Part shown: positions 1-6,279 of the stretch, piece by piece | How positions within the stretch are numbered: position 1 is the first letter of the stretch | Layout: each line of letters starts with the position of its first letter | NCBI GenBank assembly: GCA_002325245.1 | Contig: DCRR01000001.1 | Coordinates: forward strand, 8,312 to 72,311 | DNA: 64,000 nucleotides | Reading direction: 5' to 3' | DNA from: Microbacteriaceae bacterium UBA1487 | GTDB taxonomy: Bacteria; Actinomycetota; Actinomycetes; Actinomycetales; Microbacteriaceae | Position numbers and translations under genes: made by a program | The notes under the pieces: model-generated | Database searches by the model: none | What the model was told of the DNA's origin: nothing | Seen by the model: only the letters and a program-made list of their open reading frames with translations

Positions 1-16
1 CGTATGACGGATTTCA

Positions 17-1264
17 TCAGGGCCGCGACGCCAACACGTGCGACAGTGTGCCCTCCGAGACGACAGGGATCGCGAGCTGTCGCGCCCGCTCTGCCTTTCC
101 CGACTGCGTCTCTACGTCTGCAGCCGCGACGAGCTTCACCTTCTTGGAGACATTGTTGGCGACTCGGATGCCGCGGCTTTCAAGAAGGGCAACCCACTCA
201 GCCCGCGGCTTGGTCATGTCACCCGTGAGAACCACGATGTCGCCTTGGGCGAGCGAGAGTGCCGACGCGAGTGTCTCGGTAGAAGTAGTGCTCTCCTCCG
301 CTGCGAGTATCGCGCTCCCGACGAGATCGTCGAGGCTGTCGCTGATTCCGAGTGCGCGCGCCACATCGAGAATCTGGCTGTGTTCGTCCGGTGTGAGGAC
401 TCCGTCGGACCACGCGGCGGCGGCAAGCTCCTCCAGATACGCGCGATTCAGGCGCCCGACCGCCGTTCGATCAAGCCCGAGGTCTGCTGCGGCTGCGACG
501 AGATCGTCCTGCTCGAGGCCAGATAGGTAGCCATCGACGAGGGCGACGTCGAGAGTCCCCAGGTACGCACGTTCAGCGCCCTCGGCCGGGATCGCATCCA
601 CGGAAGCCGCAATGCGTTCAACGAAGTGAGGCGCGGGATTCCGTGCATTCCCGCGGGGATGCCAGTCAGCCGCGTGTGCTTCGTCGAAGCTCCAACGGCG
701 GGCGGCGGTGAGCAGACCGGGCCAGTATCGGCTCTCGCGTGAGCGACTGACGTAGTGTCCGATGAGCTGCGCCGTCGCGAGCGCATCCGACACTGCGCGA
801 TGCGAGCCAGTTTGCGGTATCCCTGCTGCTTCGCAGCATGCGGCGAGCGAACGCGCGCGCCCGGGGAAGAAATCCGACGCGAGCTGCATCGTGCAGACAG
901 CCGTGAAGTCGATTCGACCTTCCCATTCGATCGCAAGCTCGGGGTCGACTTTGGCGAGTTCAGCGAACAGGAACCTCTGATCGAACGCGAGGTTGTGTGC
1001 GGCCAGCACGCGCCCGGAAAGCAAATTCAGCACGCGCGGCGCAATGCTTTCGAACGCAGGCGCACGTGCGACGTCGGTCGCCGAGATACCGTGGATGCGC
1101 GTCGGACCGACGTCGCGGCGAGGGTTGACCAATGTCTCCCATCGGCCTTCGATCTCCCCGAGTGGGGAGACGTGCACGATTCCGATCTCGACGATGCGGT
1201 CGCCTTTCGCGGGGGAGAACCCGGTCGTTTCCACGTCGACCACGGCGAAGCCGGGGCCGCTCAT
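17..1264 (-). CDS. DEDDh 3'-5' exonuclease (DnaQ/Pol III epsilon-like) with C-terminal BRCT domain
   Basis: N-terminal FAVVDVETTGFSP, AHNLAFDQRF and HRAVSDA Exo motifs. C-terminal IVVLTGDM...KVKLVAAAD...ARQLAIPVV is BRCT-like. ATG 1264 is preceded by GGAG at 8 nt; the track ORF extends to GTG 1285. Confidence 0.85.
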   Translation of the reverse strand: MSGPGFAVVDVETTGFSPAKGDRIVEIGIVHVSPLGEIEGRWETLVNPRRDVGPTRIHGISATDVARAPAFESIAPRVLNLLSGRVLAAHNLAFDQRFLFAELAKVDPELAIEWEGRIDFTAVCTMQLASDFFPGRARSLAACCEAAGIPQTGSHRAVSDALATAQLIGHYVSRSRESRYWPGLLTAARRWSFDEAHAADWHPRGNARNPAPHFVERIAASVDAIPAEGAERAYLGTLDVALVDGYLSGLEQDDLVAAAADLGLDRTAVGRLNRAYLEELAAAAWSDGVLTPDEHSQILDVARALGISDSLDDLVGSAILAAEESTTSTETLASALSLAQGDIVVLTGDMTKPRAEWVALLESRGIRVANNVSKKVKLVAAADVETQSGKAERARQLAIPVVSEGTLSHVLASRP

Positions 1265-1316
1265 GCGTGTGTCTCCAGACGCCACTGCGGCCGCGGCGTC
1301 GATCGTTTGCTGGTCG

Positions 1317-1508
1317 TCACTCGTGCGCCCAATCTCTGCTCTTGTTGCGGTTCTTCTCGAGCCACCGGTGGTGGTCCCGTATGCCGCGCGCGACGGCGAC
1401 CCTCACGACCCCGTAGAGCAGCAGCGCCAGGGCGACGCTGACCACGACGTACGCGACCGATGTCGCCAGGAGCGCTTCCGCCGTCAGATTAAGTGAGGGA
1501 TAGTCCAT
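1317..1508 (-). CDS. small hypothetical membrane protein (63 aa)
   Basis: Internal ATG gives MDYPSLNLTAEALLATSVAYVVVSVALALLLYGVV with one clear TM helix and a basic tail. No recognisable family, and the start is uncertain. Confidence 0.4.
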   Translation of the reverse strand: MDYPSLNLTAEALLATSVAYVVVSVALALLLYGVVRVAVARGIRDHHRWLEKNRNKSRDWAHE

Positions 1509-1582
1509 GGTGACGATTGTCACACGCGTGGGCGACATTGCATGCCTCGACGGCGGAGTCTGGTGACGCAAGGCGCGCCCCG

Positions 1583-2065
1583 CTACAGCTCCCCATCCAC
1601 CGGCCGCACCCGCCGCTGCCGCACCGCCTCGACTCCGCCCGCCGCCTCCAGCAGCGCGGCGAGTGCGCGCTTGGCTGCGGCCAGGTCTCCCAGCTCGGCG
1701 GCGACCCGGGCATCCAGGTCGCTGCGGATCCGGCGGGAGGTCTCCAGCAGATCTTCTCCGCGCGCGGTGAGGGCGACGCGGCGCACGCGGCTGTCGTGGG
1801 CATCCGCCTCGCGGTGGGCGATGCCGAGCGACTCCAGCTCGGTGACGGTCTTCGAGATCGCCTGCTGTGTGACGCCGAGGCGGGCGGCGAGCTCGCCGAC
1901 GCTCGGGCGCTCGTCGACGAGGGCCTGCAGGAGGTAGCCGTGCGCCGCGCGCACTCCGGTAAAGCCTGCGGCGTGCAGCTGGTCGAGCAGGTGCGCGTTG
2001 GCGGCCTCGGCGGCGAGGGCGGCGATCGTCGGCAGGTCGAGGCCGGCGGGGTCGAGGTCGGGCAT
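1583..2065 (-). CDS. MarR family transcriptional regulator
   Basis: Winged HTH: PSVGELAARLGVTQQAISKTVTELESLGIAHREADAHDSRVRRVALTARG. Start is ATG 2065 (alternative GTG 2101). Divergent from the SnoaL-like gene. Confidence 0.85.
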   Translation of the reverse strand: MPDLDPAGLDLPTIAALAAEAANAHLLDQLHAAGFTGVRAAHGYLLQALVDERPSVGELAARLGVTQQAISKTVTELESLGIAHREADAHDSRVRRVALTARGEDLLETSRRIRSDLDARVAAELGDLAAAKRALAALLEAAGGVEAVRQRRVRPVDGEL

Positions 2066-2082
2066 CCCCACATCATCGCAGG

Positions 2083-2110
2083 TTGACAACCGCAATTGCA
2101 CAACTACAGT
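2083..2110 (+). promoter_or_regulatory. near-consensus sigma-70 type promoter (-35 TTGACA, 16-nt spacer, -10 TACAGT) for a leaderless gene; GCAATTGC palindrome in the spacer
   Basis: TTGACA at 2083-2088 and TACAGT at 2105-2110, followed by 7 nt to ATG 2118. The perfect palindrome GCAATTGC at 2092-2099 lies in the spacer and is a likely MarR operator. Confidence 0.6.
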
Positions 2111-2117
2111 TGTTGAT

Positions 2118-2519
2118 ATGACGACACCGCTTGACGCTCTGAGATCCCTTCACCGCAGTCTCGAAGCCGGTCGTTCTGGTGAGGAGCTGCGCCCGCACTG
2201 GCACCCGTCGGCGAAGATCCGCGAGTACCCCAACACGATCGCCCCGCAGGGCGCGCTGCGCGATCTCGACGACACCCTCGCCGCCTCCGAGCGGGGAGCC
2301 GGGCTGCTGGCATCGCAGACCTACGAGGAGGTCGAGTCGTTCGAGCTCGCCGACCGCGCAATCATGCGACTCACCTGGACGGGCGTCGTCGGCGCGGCGG
2401 TCGGCCCGTTCGCGGCAGGGCAGAAGCTCGTCGCGCACATTGCGCAGTTCGCGCGCGTCGAAGACGGGCAGGTCATCGAGCTCGCGACCTACGACTGCTA
2501 CGAGCCTCTGGCGGACTGA
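2118..2519 (+). CDS. SnoaL-like / NTF2-fold family protein
   Basis: 133-aa product MTTPLDALRSLHRSLEAG...AHIAQFARVEDGQVIELATYDCYEP has the length and C-terminal beta-sheet pattern of SnoaL/ketosteroid-isomerase-like proteins. The long upstream part of the track ORF is not needed. Confidence 0.65.
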   Translation: MTTPLDALRSLHRSLEAGRSGEELRPHWHPSAKIREYPNTIAPQGALRDLDDTLAASERGAGLLASQTYEEVESFELADRAIMRLTWTGVVGAAVGPFAAGQKLVAHIAQFARVEDGQVIELATYDCYEPLAD

Positions 2520-2526
2520 GCGCGAG

Positions 2527-3648
2527 TCACACGGGGGCGCGCGGTGTCGCCCCCGCACCCGACCCATCCCACACCTTCACAATCGCCCACGCCGTCGCCG
2601 CGATCGGCACCGAGAGCACCGCGCCGACGATGCCGCCGAGGATGGTGCCCGCGCTCAGCGCGAGCAGGATCACCAGCGGGTGCAGCTTGAGGGACTGCGC
2701 CATGACGACCGGCTGAAGCAGGTTTCCCTCCAGCTGGTTGACGCCGATGACGACGATGATCACGATCAGCGCCACCACCGGCCCGTTGGCGACGAGGGCG
2801 ACGAGGGCGGCCAGCGCTCCGGCGACCGTCGCACCGACGATCGGCACGAACGCGGCGACGAACACGATGACGGCGAGCGGCAGCGCGAGCGGCACCTGCA
2901 TGATCGCCAGCGCGATGCCGATGGCGATGGCGTCAACCGCGGCGATGATCGCCGTGCCGCGCACGTAGCCACCGAGAGTCGTCACCGCGGTGCGGCCGAT
3001 GCGCTCGCCGCGGTCGCGCCCGTGGCGGTCGAACGGGCGCATCAGGAAGCGCCAGATCGCATCCCCGTCCTTGAGGAAGAAGAACAGGATGACGATGAAC
3101 AGCAGGAACCCGGCGACGAACTCGCCCACGGCGACCGCGCTCGACACGGCACCGGTGCCGAACTGCGAACTCGTGACGAAGTCGATGACGTCGGTCTGGA
3201 GTCCCTCGAAGTCGAACTCGTCGAGCGGCAGCGGCAGCGTCTGAAGCCACTCGAGCAGCTGATCGAAGCCGGACTGCGCCTGCTCCCAGAGCGAATCCCA
3301 CTGGCTGCGCACGGCGAACACGATCGCGGTGATGACGCCCCCGAGCACGAGCAGCGAGCCGATGAGGGCGATCCACGCGGCGAGCATCGAGGGCACGCCG
3401 CGGCGCCGCATCCACATGACCAGCGGGCTGAACGCAGCGGCGATGATCACCGCCAGCAGCACCGGAATGACGGCGATCCGCAGCTGCACGAGCGCGTACA
3501 CGACGATCGTCGCGAGCGCGATGGCGATCAGCACCTGCAGGCTTCGGGTGCTCACCACGCCGAGACGGTCGGTCCAGAGCTTCTCGACCTTCGGAACCAC
3601 CTGTGTGGTCAACGCGGATTCGGGCGTGGCGCGGCGGCGCGAGAACAT
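2527..3648 (-). CDS. AI-2E family transporter (PerM/UPF0118)
   Basis: Multi-TM protein with the typical FFFLKDG...GGYVRG...IPIVGA...NLLQPVVM signature. ATG 3648 is preceded by GAAGGAG. The track ORF to 4149 is a non-coding extension. Confidence 0.9.
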   Translation of the reverse strand: MFSRRRATPESALTTQVVPKVEKLWTDRLGVVSTRSLQVLIAIALATIVVYALVQLRIAVIPVLLAVIIAAAFSPLVMWMRRRGVPSMLAAWIALIGSLLVLGGVITAIVFAVRSQWDSLWEQAQSGFDQLLEWLQTLPLPLDEFDFEGLQTDVIDFVTSSQFGTGAVSSAVAVGEFVAGFLLFIVILFFFLKDGDAIWRFLMRPFDRHGRDRGERIGRTAVTTLGGYVRGTAIIAAVDAIAIGIALAIMQVPLALPLAVIVFVAAFVPIVGATVAGALAALVALVANGPVVALIVIIVVIGVNQLEGNLLQPVVMAQSLKLHPLVILLALSAGTILGGIVGAVLSVPIAATAWAIVKVWDGSGAGATPRAPV

Positions 3649-3819
3649 GGCTGGCTCCTTCGAAGCGCGGAAGTGCGGGTTCGAGCATTTCACGGACTCG
3701 CGCGTGAGAACAGCGGCTCGCTCGTGCGCCGAGCCTCGCTCCGGCGGCGCCGGGCGCTTCCGGCCACGCACCGGGACGCGGCCCGCGCGCCCGCCGTGCG
3801 CACCTGGCAGACTCGCTCC

Positions 3820-4584
3820 GTGACCGCCGAACCCCCGCTGACCGAGCGCGACCGGGCCCGCGCGGCCACGCGCGCCGGAATCCGGGATGCGGCCCTGGTC
3901 ATGCTCGGATATCTCCCGTTCGGGCTGGCGGCCGGAGCCGCGATGGCGCAGACCGGGGTCGACCCGCAGTGGTCGATCCTGTCGAGCCCGATCATCCTGG
4001 CCGGGGCCTCGCAGCTGATCGCGGTGCAGCTGCTCGGCTCGGGGGCCGGAATCGCGCTCGTCGTCTTCACCGTGTTCATCATCAATGCCCGACACCTGCT
4101 CTACAGCGCCTCGCTGCAGCCGCACCTCGCCGACTGGAGCCGAGGGCAACGGCTCGCCGGTGCTTTCATGCTGGCTGACCCGGTGTACGCGCTCGCCATC
4201 TCACGCTTCGAACGGCCGGGCGGGGCGGGCGCGCGCTCCGAGCGGCTCAGCTACTACTTCGGGGCCGCCATCACCGCCGTGATCGGGTGGACATCCCTCA
4301 TCGCATTCGGGGTGCTGCTCGGCGGTCTCATCCCCGGCTGGGTGCCGCTCGAGCTGGCGATTCCGCTCACGTTCGTGCTGCTCGCGCTGCCGCTCATCAA
4401 AGACAGCGCAGGTCTCGTCGCGGCATCCGTCGGGGGCATCGCCGCCCTCATCGCGGATCCTCTTCCGTTCGGCGCGGGAATCATCGTGGGCGCGGTCGCC
4501 GGACTCATCGCCGGCGGCGTCGTCCTCGCGACGAAAGCGCCGCCCGCGTCGCCCACGACGGAGGAGGTGATCGCCGATGCTTGA
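3820..4584 (+). CDS. azlC: AzlC family branched-chain amino acid exporter subunit
   Basis: LGYLPFGLAAGAAMAQTG...ILAGASQLIAVQLL...INARHLLYSASL motifs. GTG 3820 is in frame. The stop overlaps the azlD start (ATGCTTGA). Confidence 0.85.
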   Translation: MTAEPPLTERDRARAATRAGIRDAALVMLGYLPFGLAAGAAMAQTGVDPQWSILSSPIILAGASQLIAVQLLGSGAGIALVVFTVFIINARHLLYSASLQPHLADWSRGQRLAGAFMLADPVYALAISRFERPGGAGARSERLSYYFGAAITAVIGWTSLIAFGVLLGGLIPGWVPLELAIPLTFVLLALPLIKDSAGLVAASVGGIAALIADPLPFGAGIIVGAVAGLIAGGVVLATKAPPASPTTEEVIADA

Positions 4585-4909
4585 CGGCCTCGCGATCCTG
4601 CTCTCCGGCGTCGTGACCTATCTGACCCGAGTGCTGTTCCTCGTCACCAAGAAGGTGCGCCCACCGCGCCGTGCGCTGCGCTACCTGCCGCTCGTCGGGC
4701 CCGCCGTGCTCGGTGCGATCGCCGTGCCCGGGCTGCTCGCCCCGCGCGGTGAGATCTCGATCGTCGAAACCGCTCCGGCACTCATCGCCGCCGTTGCGGC
4801 GACGCTGCTCTGGCGGTGGAAGCGCGAGATGGCCGTCGGGCTGCTCGGCGGCCTGCTGGTGTGGTGGGCGATCGTGTTCGCCCTGGTGCAGCTCGGGCTG
4901 CGCGCCTGA
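4577..4909 (+). CDS. azlD: AzlD family branched-chain amino acid transport protein
   Basis: 110-aa 4-TM protein (VVTYLTRVLFL...) overlapping the azlC stop by 8 nt, the classic azlCD pair. Confidence 0.85.
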   Translation: MLDGLAILLSGVVTYLTRVLFLVTKKVRPPRRALRYLPLVGPAVLGAIAVPGLLAPRGEISIVETAPALIAAVAATLLWRWKREMAVGLLGGLLVWWAIVFALVQLGLRA

Positions 4910-4940
4910 GAATCGCCGCGCAGTCCGAACCGTCGTCCGA

Positions 4941-5582
4941 CTAGGGGAGGCGGTTCGCCGCGGCCGTGTTGGCGAGCATCTGCTCGCGGGTCTGTCGGGT
5001 GCCGTAGCCCGGGCGGTCGCGCTCGAGGCGCCACGACTCGCTGAGCGGCCCGAGGTCGACGGTGTCGAAACCGAGCTCGTCGTACAGCTTCGCGGTGAAG
5101 GCGCTGGCCTCCGGGTGGTCGCTCGCCGTGCCGAGCGCACGGCGGTCCGGCGTCCCCGCCGGGCTGCCGTCCGTCGTGATCTGGCGCCACACGATGTTGT
5201 TGAAGGCCTTCGCCACCTTCGAGGTGGGCAGGTGCGCCTGCAGCAGGCCCGAGGTGGTGGCCTCGCCGCGATCGAGCGCGTCGATGTGGCCATCGCGCTC
5301 GAAGTAGTAGTTGTTGGTGTCGAGCACGATCTTGCCGGCCAGTGGTTCGACCGGGATGTCGGCGAGGGCCTTGAGCGGTACCGTCACGACGGCGACCTCC
5401 GCGGCTTCGGCTGCCTCGACCGGGGTCGCGGCGCGGGCGTTCGGACCGAGCTCCGCGACCAGCTCGGTGAGAGTCTCGGGGCCTCGCGAGTTCGAGATCA
5501 CCACCTGGTGGCCCTGTCCGATGAGGGCCCGGGCGACCTGGCTGCCGATGTTGCCTGCTCCGATGATTCCGAAAGTTGTCAT
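4941..5582 (-). CDS. NAD(P)-binding oxidoreductase, NADPH-dependent F420 reductase-like
   Basis: Rossmann motif FGIIGAGNIGSQVARAL, then VISNSRGPETL and PLAGKIVLDTNNYY. ATG 5582 is preferred over TTG 5594. Confidence 0.8.
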   Translation of the reverse strand: MTTFGIIGAGNIGSQVARALIGQGHQVVISNSRGPETLTELVAELGPNARAATPVEAAEAAEVAVVTVPLKALADIPVEPLAGKIVLDTNNYYFERDGHIDALDRGEATTSGLLQAHLPTSKVAKAFNNIVWRQITTDGSPAGTPDRRALGTASDHPEASAFTAKLYDELGFDTVDLGPLSESWRLERDRPGYGTRQTREQMLANTAAANRLP

Positions 5583-5660
5583 GTTCGAGGTCAACGCGTG
5601 CGCCTCGGGCGTATTCCAGATGTCCGGAAAGTGACGGATGTCTGAGCGTTCGCCGACAAT

Positions 5661-5695
5661 CTGACCGCTCGGTCAGGAACTGACCGATCGGTCAA
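5661..5695. promoter_or_regulatory. two tandem 16-bp palindromic operators (putative TetR sites)
   Basis: CTGACCGCTCGGTCAG (5661-5676, perfect 7+7 inverted repeat) and CTGACCGATCGGTCAA (5680-5695, one arm mismatch) are separated by 3 nt, directly abutting the tetR -10 TACGGT (5697-5702). Confidence 0.7.
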
Positions 5696-5709
5696 TTACG
5701 GTCGATGTC

Positions 5710-6264
5710 ATGGCGACCTCCGACGAGCTGCGACGCGTCGCGCTCGATCAGTTCTCGAGCGCCGGCTATCTCGCGACCTCGCTGCAGAACATCGCCGATG
5801 CGGCCGGGGTCTCCAAGGCGAGCGTGCTCTATCACTTCGAGAGCAAAGAGTCTCTGCTCGATGCCGCGCTTGCTCCGACGGTCGACGCGCTCGACGTCAT
5901 CGTCGCCTCGTTGGAAGGCATCGACACGTCCACGGCGGCGCGGCGCGCGTTCCTCGCCGAGTTCGTCGACTTCCTGCTCGAGCATCGACTCGGAGTGCAC
6001 ATCTTCGTCAACCAGTCCGAAGCGCTGGAGGACATCGCCATCATCGATCGCGCCAACGCGCTCGTCGAACGCGTCGCCGGACACTTCGAGCGCCAGGGCG
6101 GCTCGATGGAGGAGAAGGTGCGCTTCGGCATCGCGCTTGCCGGGGCTGCCTATCTGCTCGCGGCCGCGGGGCGCTTCAACCAGGCGTCCATGCTCGAAGC
6201 GGATGAGCTGCGCCCCGTCCTGACCCGCATCCTCGGCGAGCTCATCGCCCGACCCGCCCGCTGA
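5710..6264 (+). CDS. TetR/AcrR family transcriptional regulator
   Basis: N-terminal HTH: LRRVALDQFSSAGYLATSLQNIADAAGVSKASVLYHFESKESLL. Leaderless-type start (TACGGT, 7 nt, ATG). Confidence 0.9.
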   Translation: MATSDELRRVALDQFSSAGYLATSLQNIADAAGVSKASVLYHFESKESLLDAALAPTVDALDVIVASLEGIDTSTAARRAFLAEFVDFLLEHRLGVHIFVNQSEALEDIAIIDRANALVERVAGHFERQGGSMEEKVRFGIALAGAAYLLAAAGRFNQASMLEADELRPVLTRILGELIARPAR

Positions 6265-6279
6265 CCGGAGTTCATCACC

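Noticed and set aside
2179-3819. N-terminal 547 codons of the 801-aa track ORF ending as AzlC. Comparable upstream extensions occur at 12400-13089, 14611-14892, 36249-36911, 43776-43901, 31212-31259, 51414-52433 (minus) and 3649-4149 (minus).
   Set aside because: The extensions overlap well-supported genes on the same or opposite strand, translate to low-complexity sequence, and have internal starts with SD, overlap-coupling or leaderless promoters that give full-length family members.
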